From contig NC_042997.1 of assembly GCF_006345805.1 (NCBI RefSeq), positions 139,376,001-139,440,000 of the forward strand: DNA of 64,000 nt, read 5' to 3'. Source of the stretch: Octopus sinensis (lineage: Eukaryota). The translations under genes and the position numbers were made by a program. Position 1 is the stretch's first letter; each line of letters starts with the position of its first letter. Shown piece by piece: positions 41,356-54,113 of this stretch. The notes beneath the pieces are model-generated. The model searched no databases, was not told where the DNA came from, and worked only from the letters and a program-made list of their open reading frames with translations.

Positions 41356-42520
41356 GTCATCCCAAAAGTTCTGTCCGATTTTACCTTTTTTAAAATTGAA
41401 TGAAATTTAATAGTATTTTAGAATGTCTAATGGAATTAAAAATTATTTTTATGCATTTGTGTACATTTAAATTAAGTAAATATTATTTTACAGAATAATA
41501 AGGCACATAATGCTTTAGGAGTACAAAAACGGAAATTCTGTTGCTGAAGCGACTCGAAACAGACACTCAGTTTATGGGAAAGAATGCCTGAAAAAAGATC
41601 TTGCAGGTGATGGTTTGCAAAATTAAGAAGTGGAGATTTCAACCTTGAAGATGAATATCGAACAGGACGTCCAGTTGAGTTTAATGATAAGCTCCTTGAG
41701 GCATTACTTGAAAAAAATCTGCGTTATCAGTTGAAGAATTGGCAATAAAACTTAATTCAAACCATACAACTGTTCATCGTCATCTTCAACAACTTGGAAA
41801 GCTTCCTAAACTTGGAAAATGGGTGCGTCATGAATTGACCGAAAGCAACCGCAAATCCCAAGTTGACATCTGCTCTTCTCTCCATTCTCACGAACTCATT
41901 TCACCCCTTTTGGATAGACTTGTGACTGGTAATGAAAAATGGATCTTCTATCGAAATGTTAAACGTCGTAAACAGTGGCTTGGTAAAAGGGAAAAAGCTC
42001 AACAACAACCGAGAAGGGAATTTCATGGAAAAAAGGTTCTTCTCTCTATCTAATGCAACAATCAATGCTCAAGTCTACTGACAGCAATTGGAGCGTTTGA
42101 ACCAAGCTTTGAAGAAAAAAAGACCTGCTTTAGTGAATCGAAAAGGAGTGGTGTTTCATCAGGACAATGCACGACCCCACACTGCAAAGATCACATTCCC
42201 AGAATATCGAAGAGCTTGGTTGGTAAAAAAAATTCCTCATCCACCTTATTCTCCCGACCTTGCTCTTTCGTAGTTTACAGAATCATTTGGGGGACATAAC
42301 TTTCGCAAGCCAGGAGGAGGTCGAAACTGACATTTCGGAGTTCTTCGCTTTGGAACCAAAATAGTTTTACATTTATGGGATTAAAAAGCTTGTAAATAGA
42401 TGGAAAGAAGTCATAGATAATCAGGGAAAGTACATTGATGATTAAATTTCAATCAAATATAGCATTTGATCACTTGTTTTCTTTTTTCAAAATTTGGACA
42501 GAACTTATGGGATGACCTGA
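41352..42520 (+). mobile_element. mariner (DD34D-type) transposon, near full length, pseudogenised
   Basis: TIRs TCAGGTCATCCCAAAAGTTCTGTCC / GGACAGAACTTATGGGATGACCTGA flanked by TA. Motifs GDFNLEDEYRTGRP, KWVRHEL, VTGNEKW, HQDNARPH and HPPYSPDLA. Confidence 0.92.
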
Positions 42521-42934
42521 TATATATATATATATATATGTATTCACAATTTAGGTTAGTTGAAATATGTCTGTCACCTGTTTCAACTGCTAAAGGGAAA
42601 TACACTGCAGTTATAGTGGAGAAAAAAATCTCTCTTATGGTAAAAAGTTGTGAAAACACAGTTCGTTCAGTGGCGCCATCTCTCGGGAATCTCAGACATC
42701 GATGTTCTGAGTTTATTGACTCTTGTCGATAAGGTAACTCTGAACGAACTAAATGTAGCTTGTAGCTAATATATAATCCAGTTGACACGTTGACTTATTT
42801 GCGCTAGTAGATCGCCCGATCGAGATAAATAACAAAGTAATGGCGCAAAGCAGTATTTACGTATAATTATCTATATGTGTGTGTGTGTACCCACATATAC
42901 ATACGTACATATATGTGTATGTCTGAGTGTGTGC

Positions 42935-42985
<51 letters not shown>

Positions 42986-43808
42986 TAAATGTATGTATGC
43001 ATATTCCCTTCTAGTTTTAGTTGCTTGAAATCTCCCTGTAAGAAAGGAACTAATTTCTAAGAAAGATACAAAGTTCCATCCTTAAAATATGAATAACAAA
43101 AATAAGTTCAGATTTTTAACTTGAGAGGATTGTTGCTTATTTTTATTGTTTGCGTGCGAATTGTATTTGTAATGTGCGTATTAGCTGGTTGGCTTCTATC
43201 TCTGAATATCCTAGCTTGTAGATACTGTCACTTGCGACATTTATTCACAAAACTCACGTACATACATACGGGCATATACACACTCTCATACGTCTTTGTA
43301 TATTTTGTATGTGTGTTTGTGTATATATAGATGAGTGTGTATATGTATGTATGCATGCATGCATGCATGTATGTATGTATGTATGTATGTATGTATGTAT
43401 TATGTATGTATGTATGTGTATGTATGTATGTATGTATGTAGATCCTACCTGTTCGAATTCATGGAAATAAAGATAAAATTATTTTTTAAAAACTGTTTAT
43501 AACATCTCGAAACTAGGCAGACCACCATGATTAATTGTTGTTGTTTTTGTTTCATGTAGTAACCTTTTCTTTCTTTTATTTTCAATTCTTTCTGTTCTTT
43601 ATTCTATTCTTGTACCCTAAACATTTCCTCATACAATTTTAATACTCCTCACACTTTCACAACTTGGACTACTTTCTCTTTTGTTCCATATCAACACTGA
43701 ATACATATTTATTTAACTACCTCACAGAACAGTTTTGACACTTGAAAAACCTGCCATAGAAGAGAACCAGGGGTACATATATATATGGCATTTAACATTT
43801 CAACTAAA

Positions 43809-43852
<44 letters not shown>

Positions 43853-44280
43853 TGCCGTCTTAAAGCGTGGGCACACTGGATAGTTACCCGAAAGACCCAC
43901 GAGTTTAGGGGTCCCAATTCTGATCTGCATATGCTGTGGCTTGCTCTCAGTAAGTAAATATTAAAGGACCCAGTGCATTGATTTGGCTTGGGCCCTATAG
44001 TGCTGCTAAGAACACCTTACAAACACACACGCGCACATACACACACACTAACACGCACACACTAACTCACACAAGTCCCTTAAATCACAATATTGTCATA
44101 AACAAGGGAAAACACATTTGATAATATAGTCCTGTGTTCTTCTAGAACGACAGAATGGCCACGGCTTGGATGCCTTTGAAAATGTTTGCTCAATCAGGTT
44201 TCATCTGTGATTAAACAACGAGACCAGGTTTTTTTATTATTATTAAATCGATGAAAACAACGACGTTAACATTCACTTAC

Positions 44281-44410
44281 CACAGTTGTTTTAGTCTTGC
44301 AGCGAGCAATCCCAGACAGATAGCTAGGTCCAGGGTTGCCAGTACTGACTGGACAGGCATTGAAGTCTATCTGTTTGAAATACATGTCCATCACTGACAG
44401 AGCTACTATT
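44281..44410 (-). CDS. Coding exon B: end of Cache module 1 / start of EGF-like domain 1
   Basis: ttccatag|A ... GTG|gtaagt. Encodes (R)IVALSVMDMYFKQIDFNACPVSTGNPGPSYLSGIARCKTKTTV, matching the family GVxxxDI...DINQC...C motif. Phase 2 to 0. Confidence 0.9.
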
Positions 44411-45189
44411 CTATGGAATAAATAAAAACAATAAATATTTGTATATTGATAAACATATAAAAAAGAAGAAAGAATGCACAAAGGAAAGAATAGAAAAGAA
44501 TGCAATAAATATTGACAGTAACATGGGGTGGGTGAATGTAAAAATAAATGAAAAAGAAAAACAATAAAATCTGGTATTTTTTAAAATGAAATTCATACTT
44601 ACACACAAAATCCCCCACTCGAACTAGCAAAGGTGAGTCTGAGAGGCAAGATTCAACATTCAATCTCCTTTCACACTTTATCGTCGTAAGAAAAAGGAAA
44701 AATTCATTAGTGCTTAGTAGCAATGGATATAAGCACAAAGGAATAGACAAGCCTGACACGTCCTTGGTCATAAGTCTGGTGGATCAGAAGCAACTTGGTG
44801 TTAAATAATTATTATATATATATAATATATACTATATATATATATATATTATATATATATATTATATATAAGAAAGTTGGTTTGTGAAAGCACGTGGGTG
44901 AATATATAGAAAATAGTAAAAAGTGAAAAAACTACAGAAGGCTTAAATGTTAAAAAATGTATATATTTGCGTCAATATGTCTGATGAATATTAGAAAATT
45001 AAAAAAAAAATTTTTTTTCTCTTATAATGACATAATTTAAAAGAAAGACCGGTTTCGCGTGTAGCTTTTCAAATTTCTTGTGACGTTATGTTTATGTTGA
45101 ATAGAGTTATCGTTGTGTTTATGTTCAGGAGAGTTCTAAATAAGGGAAGGTAGTGAGTGATTTCTTCCGGTGTAAGGGAGATAATCGCT

Positions 45190-45355
45190 TAAAATTTTTT
45201 TCCTTTCCCTTGGTGTGAATTTCTCTGTATCAGTATGTTCGGATGGTTGAGTCTGGGCTTGTACTTTTCAATGAAGAATGTTTCCTTCTTTAGTCTAATT
45301 TGTGTTGATGATCCGAAAGCACATTGGTAAAATGGAAAGATTAAAAATTGTGGTA
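45190..45355 (-). mobile_element. Penelope-like element, C-terminus of the GIY-YIG ORF
   Basis: PQFLIFPFYQCAFGSSTQIRLKKETFFIEKYKPRLN (ExxFIxKxxPxLN end motif). Confidence 0.65.
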
Positions 45356-45491
45356 GTAGTTCTTTTAAATTATGTCATTATAAGAGAAAAAAATTTTTTT
45401 TTTAATTTTCTAATATTCTTCAGACATATTGACGCAAATATATATATTTTTTAACATTTAAGTCTTCTGTAGTTTTTTCACTCTTTACTTT

Positions 45492-45522
<31 letters not shown>

Positions 45523-45540
45523 ATATATATATATATATAT

Positions 45541-46047
45541 AAAACTGTATGTAGTTGTGTGAGTGTCTGTCCCCTTCGATTTAGATTCCTAACTACTCCC
45601 ATATTTTGCGGTGCAATTTACCAAATTCGGGTATCTTATAGTCGTGATTCATATCGAGCCCGTCTGAGTATTAGCGCGCGTCTACGATGAGTCTACGATT
45701 TTTAAAATAATTTAACATCATTTTTTATTCCATTTTAATGCATAATTTTTCGTGTGTCGATGGCGGCGGAGTTGGCGTCCATGGTCACACCTGCACCTGT
45801 TTGCTTCTCCCCCTTCTTCCCTCCCTCGTGAAGCTGTGGGGAAGGGAGTGTAAGGAAATCAACGTCGTTGTAAGCGTTGTCAAGGAGACCAGCGTTCTTT
45901 TAGAACAACGACTTCATGGCTTGAAGACACCAAAACAGAAATGGCTAAGAAAGCCCGAATTGGCATCTATAAGGGAAGTAATCTCTAAAAATGCCTTATA
46001 TAGTTATTTCCCTTACAAACCGAGCAACGCCGGGCGATACTGCTAGT
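45541..46047 (+). mobile_element. Non-autonomous Helitron-like element
   Basis: 3' end CCGAGCAACGCCGG hairpin followed by CTAG (46043-46046); begins in a TA run. Confidence 0.55.
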
Positions 46048-46227
46048 ATATATATATAAAGAATGTTGTTTCTATCATGTCATCATGCGACCCCCTTTTT
46101 TATTGGATCAGAAGTCTTTGGTTTCCATGAACAGAGATTTCAAATGCAATCGATTTCAAAAATATCTTCCTGCGAGAACATAATATCTTAGTTTCTGTCA
46201 ACTGCCACAATGTGTATATATATATAT

Positions 46228-46314
<87 letters not shown>

Positions 46315-46702
46315 ATTTAATATGAATTTATAAATTTAATTATACTGCAATAAATATTTGATGCAGTGCTCGTTTCCAGTAAGTCTTTTGGCGGGGGGAT
46401 TTGAATCATAACTACGAATACAATCGATTAAACCGCACGTTTATTTGACGCTCGCTACGACTTAATAAATTGTATTTAAGACAAACCTCTGCTGAAGATT
46501 TATGGATGTTGTGTAAGTAAAATTGCATATTACATTAATAATGAAACAATTGTTCAGGGTTAATCTACTTTTTCGTTGTGTTTCACTTACCTTACGTTAA
46601 ATGTAGTGGTATTTCTTCTTGAAAACAACTTTTAGTGGCTATACCATTAGCGGAGCTATTTTTAGCACTAGAGTGAACCACAAGTGGTCACTCTCTAATA
46701 TT

Positions 46703-46771
<69 letters not shown>

Positions 46772-47339
46772 ATATATATATGGGTGGCAACTAAGTTCCT
46801 GCCATTTGTTTTTTTAAAATTTGGGAATTTATTACGCTTTTAAATCTTGGAATCTATTTTTTTCGAGAATTCTGTTTTTGAGTCATCTTGGAATCTTTTT
46901 TTTTCTAGTTAATTTTAGTTAATTTTTGTTTATTTTCAGTTCATTAAAATGGAATGTCAAGTTGAGAAAAACGAGTATTTTCGATGTGTTTGTGTGGCAA
47001 GAAGTTTGCTTCACAACTACATGGTACCGGGTTCAGTCCCACTGCGTGGCACTTTAGGTAAATGTCTTCTACTACAGACCGGGGTCGACTAAAGCCTTGT
47101 GAGTAGATTTGGTACACAAAAACTCAAAGAAGGCCGATGTATGTGTGTATGAGTATGCCTATATTTGTACCCCAGCACTGCTTGACAACCGGTGTTGAGT
47201 TTTTTGTCAGCTTAACTTAGTGATTCGGCAAATAGAATATGATCAAATAAGTACAATGTAGTGTCCTAGGATGGCCACAGTTCAATGACTGTTCGAAATA
47301 AAAATACTTATGTGTGCGTGGGGTGCATGTATATGTGTA

Positions 47340-48720
47340 TATATTCATCAGTCTGATGATGGCTTAACTGGCCTAAACTTCGAAGTTACTGTCAATACTA
47401 TTCTTATATATATAGGAGATTTTGTTTTGGAGTTTGAAAATGCACCTGAATCTGAAAACGTGTAGTAGTTTTTAAATTTTATAATAGATTTATTCAAATG
47501 CCAAACCGGTTTCGACAGTTTTTTGCTTATCAGTGGCACAAATATATTTTTAAAAAAGGGTTTAGGAGAGTTTCAAATTACAATGTTAAAATCACGAAAA
47601 CATGTTTAAACGATCAAATGTTCAAATGTTCACAGAAATTTTAATGAATTTCACAGGGATAGATAGTAATATCAATGTAAATGTTTGGTGAAAATCATAA
47701 CTAATGTACATTATTGAAATGTCAGTCATCTTGAGTTTTAATATGAAAAAAGGAGGGGGAGAAAGAAAAAAGATAGAGAGAAAGAAAAATGTTTTTTCAC
47801 AATTTCTATCAAGGCGCGTGTAGTTCTTTTTTCACTTTCAGTCTTAGTGCACGGGTCTCTTCACCTTCTTAACTTGTTGGATCAAGTTTTGATTGGTTAT
47901 AATTTTTAGTTCATGTATAATTTCCCATTCCTTTCGGCTGGTATTGAGTTTAGGGTGTGGTAGATCTTTGTATGGGAAAGTGAATATAATATTACAAAAT
48001 CTATTTAATGCTTTATACCTACCTTTCCTAGGCTTGTAACTACTTTTGTTTCTTACTAGTGATTCATCCGTTTTTCTTATCAAATAATTCCTTTGTTAGG
48101 CGCAATTTTCTGTAGAACTGTGAAATATCATTTTGTATTTCATTGGAGTTAAGGTATTGTGGTGTTGGAGTAAATTTCAGCCCTTTCGAAAGAATATAAT
48201 TTTTCTGTACAGGAAGAGTTTTGGGATAGGCTATTAATCTTTAGTTTCTCATCTTCGATTTGTACCATCGAGTGTCGTAAATTCTACCAGCTGTGTCTAA
48301 AAAAAATTCAAAACTGACCTTGTATTACCATTTATGTATCCGTCGATATTTTCTGTTATTGTGACCGCTTTTGTACTGATTTTGTACATTTGTAGGTCTG
48401 GATTGTGGTTGTTTCTGTCTGTAATTGTTTTTCCATGTTGTTATTTCTTTTTTAGTGTAGGTCTGTAACTGGTCGATTTTGTTGGATAAGATTGAGAGCT
48501 TGGAGGAGATCACTTTTAATTCCTTTAAAATTTCAAGCTTTAACGTGTTGACGTTTTGGTCGGACTTTTGTGGCATTTTCGTTCCTCGGGTGGTGAGTAT
48601 ACGTAGGAAAAAAAGTTGTTTTATTCTACACGGGCAGAAATATAGAAAAAGGAAGTTGAAAATGTACATGGAGTCTTTTAGATGATTTATGTTTAAAGGT
48701 TTAACCGGTTTCATAGATTT
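47340..48720 (-). mobile_element. Penelope-like element, N-terminal part; RT core not seen
   Basis: ILSKGLKFTPTP..EIQNDISQFYRKLRL and SSYKPRKGRYKAL..LNTSRKEWEIIHELK are typical pre-RT PLE motifs. Degenerate hammerhead motifs lie at the distal end. Confidence 0.7.
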
Positions 48721-49539
48721 TTCTGGTTTTCAAAAGTTAAGTGAGATAAAAATCCGTGGGGTTATGCAGCAACCGTCTTGCTTTTGACTGGAGTTCGAAA
48801 ATTCTCTTGTTTTTATGGAAAGAATATGATTGAAATTAGTATCTGCTTAGGATACAGCTTGATGGTCAGAAATTAATCACGTGATTAAGCTGAGAAATTT
48901 TTGTACGTTCCCCATTACGTCCGTGCCTTAATGTCATGTAACAATCCTTTTTGCGTTGAAAGTTTGTATTGTTTGTACGTAGTCATTAAATTTAGTAATA
49001 TCTACTTTATTGTCTGTGGGTTAGTGTTTGTGTGGCTTGTCGCTTTTATTTAAGCTGTAGTTTGTATTTTTGTGCAAATGTATTTTCTTTATACGTTTGA
49101 ATTGTGGTATGTTTTAATAAAGGTAAAGTAGGAAGACGTGGAATTTAGGGAAATTATTTGTCGAATATAAATCAAAGAAAGGAAAGTAGTCCAAAAGTTA
49201 AAGTATCTGCGTGTTTGCATACGTAGGTATTAACAAGTGAAACCATGGTACGTAGGTAATCGTTTTTTATTTCGTATATTTTCGTTTGTCTTGTTTATTT
49301 TTACATTTTGGCGTTTTGCTGAGATTTTTCTTGAGAACACACTCTTTGTGGTAATGGCGATTTGACGGCTATGTTTAGTATATTAGGTGACCACTTTAGT
49401 GGTCATTCCTCTTAATGTATATATAAGAGAATATTGTAGTGCACTTGAAGCATTGTGTATTGTTTATGAATGACACAACAATGCACTATAATACAAACAA
49501 TGGACTGTAATAACTGCCGCAATTAATCATCGTCCATAG

Positions 49540-49655
<116 letters not shown>

Positions 49656-49984
49656 CAGGCGCAGAAATGGCTGTGTGGTAAGTTTGCTTCCCAAACCCCA
49701 CACGGTTCTGAATTCAGTCCCACTGCGTGACACCTTGGGCAAATGTCTTCTACTCTACCCTCGAGCCGATCAAAGCCTTGTGGGTGGATTTGGTAGAGAG
49801 AAACTGAAAGAGGCCCGTCGTATAGATGGTTCCAATATTTCAACGTTTTGGCGCAGTGGATCATCCTTATTACAGATATACGTCCTAAACAGAGCATTTC
49901 TAGGTGTGAGATTCTAGCTTGGCAAACTCATACCAGTTGCTTTCTTTATTTTATTTCTTTTTTTTTTCATAAAAGGCTAAAATA

Positions 49985-50852
49985 TATCGTTGTCCATGTT
50001 TATTGTATCGTCTTCTATGAGTTATACGTTCTTGTCCATGTTGTATTTTTCTACATACCTTAACATATATTCCAGGCGCCCCGTACCCCCTTTATCATTA
50101 ATGTGAACACATATTCTTAATAATTGGTACGACTCTCTGTTTGTCTCTCTCTCTCTCATTTTTACTTTCTCTCTATTCATCTTCTCTTTCCTCTGATCCT
50201 TTGGTCTAGTCTTCCACTACCCTCCTATTTCTTTGTCTCGCTCTGCACTCACAGGTCATTCTTCGACACCCATCCCTTCTCCTCTCTGATTCCTTCTTTC
50301 TCTCTCTTCTCTCTCTTTGTTGCGTTTTGTCCCCCTTTTTCTCTCTCTCTCTTCCTTTGCTTCTCTTTCTTTTCTTTTCCCTCTTCTCTGTCACGTGACT
50401 GTTGGCCGAAATCTGCCTTTCAGCTCCTGACCCTCGTCGTGTTAACATCGTTGTTCTTCGTCCGCCGCTATAAAGGCTTTTTCCAATGCGCCAGAGAAAA
50501 AAAATTGTTTGCTTGTTATCAGTCGTAAGACACTTGTTGTTTTCACCGTTAATGCTTCTGTATTTCATGTTTCTGTATTCCATTATTGTTTTTTGTTTTT
50601 TTTATATCTGTCCCTTTTGCTGTCCTGGTGTTCGTATGCATTCGATCCTTCTTCTTCCAGGAATCTACGCTTCCAGCTTAGTTTTTCTTGGAGGGCTGGC
50701 CGTGATCTAGTAATCTCAAGATTAATCAGCCGAAATTACTACATGATCCGTTTCTTGACTGAAGACTGAGGGGTTCGAATGTCCTGTCCATGTTTATTGT
50801 ATCGTCTTCTATGAGTTTACGTTCTTGTCCATGTTGTATTTTTCTACATACC

Positions 50853-50860
<8 letters not shown>
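49985..50860 (+). mobile_element. Penelope-type 3'UTR/pLTR-like repeat with a ~70 bp direct terminal repeat
   Basis: TGTCCATGTTTATTGTATCGTCTTCTATGAGTT..CATACCTT occurs at about 49990 and 50785. Internal sequence is shared with 36200-36885 (AATCTCAAGATTAATCAGCCGAAATT). Confidence 0.55.
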
Positions 50861-50947
<87 letters not shown>

Positions 50948-51074
50948 TATATATTATATATAATATATATATATATATATATAAAGTTAATCCAAACAAG
51001 AAAGCACAAAAAAACACAACACGCGAGGACGTGGAACAAATATAGTATTATTGGACATTCAGGAAAGAAGGAGG

Positions 51075-51109
51075 GTTTAACGTTTCGAGCGGAGCTCTTC
51101 GTCGGATAC
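51075..51109 (-). ncRNA. Minimal hammerhead-like motif, U4C core variant
   Basis: Minus strand: gtat-CCGACGA-A-GAGC tcc GCTC-GAAA-CGTT|aaac. Confidence 0.4.
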
Positions 51110-51910
51110 ATAGGAGAAGGAAAGATCCAGAGAAGGGAAGACAGAGGGGAAAAAATTGCCAACGGTACACACGCGGTCACAATAATCAAACTTAATACAA
51201 GTCAAAAGTTAAATAATATTGTTAAATAAAACACATTACTTGGCTTGTCGGTGAAAATAATATAACTGAATTTTAAACGTAAAAATGTAGGTCTTAGCGT
51301 TTATAAGAAATTAAACTCGTGAAGACGTTGTGTAAAAAAAATAGAATAAAATTATCAATGAAAATGACGAAAATTATTTATTAATGAAAAAGACGAAAAA
51401 TATTTAAGCTTCATGAATTAAAGAAAAATAGAATAACAAAAGAACGATAAATGACTGCTTACTATAAATTAAGTTCCAAATAATTATTACGTAAAATATA
51501 CATATAATATTAAATTAAAATATATTAATATAACTAATAGGTCTTAATAAAATTATATATCATCATTTATGTATTAAGAAATATCTAAATTTAAAATTGT
51601 TCAAATATATTAACATAACATATAATAATACGGTAAATTACTCTAATACTATTAAATTATATCTACAAGATATAAATAACATAAAAAGAAATAAGGTTTT
51701 ATAAATACAGAAAAATAAGTTAAACGTATTATATAGGTAAATAAATTTATGTTAGCATTTAATTTTAAATGACTATTTACTATAAATTTAAAGTCTAAAT
51801 AATAAGTGAGTAAAATATATATACTATATTTAAATTAATTTATATTACTATAATTAATATATCTTAATAAATTTATATAATCATTTATTTATAAGCTAAA
51901 CTTATTATAT

Positions 51911-52330
51911 AGGCGCAGGAGTGGCTGTGTGGTAAGTAGCTTGCTAACCAACCACATGGTTCCGGGTTCAGTCACACTGCGTGGCATCTTGGGCAAGTGT
52001 CTTCTGCTATGGCCCCGGGCCGACCAATGCCTTGTGAGTGGATTTGGTAGACGGAAACTGAAAGAGGCCTGTCGTATATATGTATATATATATATATATG
52101 TGTGTGTGTGTTTGTGCGTCTGTGTTTGTCCCCCTAGCATTGCTTGACAACCGATGCTGGTGTGTTTATGTCCCCGTTACCTAGCGGTTCGGCAAAAGAG
52201 ACCGATAGAATAAGTACTGGGCTTACAAAGAATAAGTCCCGGGGTCGATTTGCTCGACTAAAGGCGGTGCTCCAGCATGGCCGCAGTCAAATGACTGAAA
52301 CAAGTAAAATAGTAAAGAGTAAAAGAGTAT
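51911..52330 (+). mobile_element. SINE family 1, full length; other copies at about 14095-14610 (-), 46990-47300 (+), 49655-49825 (+), 58715-58825 (+), 6686-6790 (+) and 9164-9262 (+)
   Basis: Same head, microsatellite and tail organisation as 2213-2703. Confidence 0.8.
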
Positions 52331-52362
52331 ATAGGTAATTTGATTTATGCTTACATTTAATT

Positions 52363-52942
52363 TTACATTCCTTCAATGAGATTACCAACACAATTGTTAT
52401 TAAATAATATTTTTTTGAATTCTTTATTATACAATGAACAATAATTACTCCCTATACAATATGATTTAGCCCTACAAATAATCTCCCAAGTTAATTTATA
52501 TTTAATAGATCTAGATTTAAGGTCCCAAATATATTTACTGAGACCTGTTGAATTTATTAGATTTTTATTCCTAATAGAATACATATGTTGAGATACTCTT
52601 GATTTAATTTTATTCGAAGTGGACCCTATATAAATAGTGTTTAAATTATGATAATATAAATTCTTACTATCTATTAAAGTTACCATTCACTTATAGACTA
52701 CATTCATGAAGCTTAAATATTTTTCGTCTTTTTCATTAATAAATATTTTTCGTCATTTTCATTGATAATTTTATTCTATTTTTTTATACACAACGTCTTC
52801 ACGAGTTTAATTTCTTATAAACGCTAAGTCCTACATTTTTACGTTTAAAATTCAGTTATATTATTTTCATCGACAAGCTAAGTAACGTTTTTTATTTAAC
52901 AATATTATTTAACTTTTGAATTGTATTAAGTTTGATTATTAT
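52363..52942 (-). mobile_element. Penelope-like GIY-YIG endonuclease fragment, very AT-rich
   Basis: NVVYK*MVT..IYIGSTSNKIKSRVSQH..NSTGLSKYIWDLK..LTWEIICRAKSY..CSL. Confidence 0.8.
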
Positions 52943-53512
52943 TATTGTTATTATTATTGTTGATAAAATATTGATTTTATATATAATTTCTTGATAATTA
53001 TGAGTTATGATATGTATATCTATTTATTATGCTTTATAATCATTTTTATAATGTGATTTAATGTATTACATATAATTTAATTTGAGAATTAATTTTTGTA
53101 AGACAATACATTATTTAATAGTTAGGTGATCTATTTATTACGTACTGTTACATTTAAGTAAATTAGTTTTATATTAACTGATATTTTGGTCGACTATATT
53201 ATTGAGTAAAATATTAAATCTATAGATACTACATATATATTAATAATATAGTTAGTTTATCTAATAGGTGTGTATATATTTGAACCATTTTCTATTTTTA
53301 ATTCCAATATTTATAGCTTGTTGTAACATGTATATTACTTAACATTAAGGTTTTTAATATACATTACGTAATGAGTATAATATTTTATTTAGATGTTTAT
53401 TAAATAAATTAATTAATAATTTAATTTAATGTATATAGTTTAAATTATTGTATTTAGTTTTCACTTAATGTATATTTTGTATCTTATATATATATATATT
53501 TATATATATATT

Positions 53513-53563
<51 letters not shown>

Positions 53564-53741
53564 TTATATATATATAATATATATATATTTATATATATAT
53601 AAATTTGTTTTAAATATTTTAAGTAATTGTATCTTATTTTTTAAACAAGAATATATTTGTTAAGATATTTCGTATTTTACAAATTATTTACGTATATTTA
53701 TTAATTTCTCTAACCAATTATTTTATTATTATTGTTATCTT

Positions 53742-53848
53742 TAACCTGAAGAGTGGCTATATTAATATTGAAGTGATTTTACTACTACTACTACTATTAT
53801 TTTTACTATTAGCATTTCTTGAATATAGACACGAAACACGTGTCGTTA
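53742..53848 (+). ncRNA. Type I hammerhead ribozyme motif with intact core
   Basis: taac-CTGAAGA-GTGgCTATATT..AATATAGaCAC-GAAA-C-ACGT-GTC|gtta. Core bases are intact, stems I and II pair, and stem III has a palindromic loop. Confidence 0.7.
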
Positions 53849-54113
53849 TTCTACCAAATATATACGTTTTATTTATTATTTTGCACATTACTTAATCATT
53901 GTTATATGTTTTATCTTATATTTAATCTTTCTATAATATGTAATTTTTCTAAATGGTATAATTTAATTTTTCATTATTGAATTGATAAAAGGTGGGGTTT
54001 TTTCTAATTTATATATATATATATATATTTTATGAAATTTGATTTAGTATTTCTAAATTGAATTTTTCCCTGTAAGTTTGAAATAATGTTCCCTCATATT
54101 ATTATTATTATTT

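Noticed and set aside
43880-44016. Minus-strand GVLSSTIGPKPNQC.. as the missing exon after exon A
   Set aside because: It is preceded by TAA with no phase-compatible AG acceptor; the real exon B (44281-44410) fits in motif and phase.
51911-51980. tRNA genes
   Set aside because: The box A/B sequences are SINE heads that continue into SINE bodies and lack a full cloverleaf.
51200-54100. Mitochondrial insertion or alternative genetic code to explain the AT-rich block and the TGA in NVVYK*MVT
   Set aside because: No mitochondrial gene motifs seen. The homologous copy at about 37480 has Cys at that position, so the TGA is a simple nonsense mutation.
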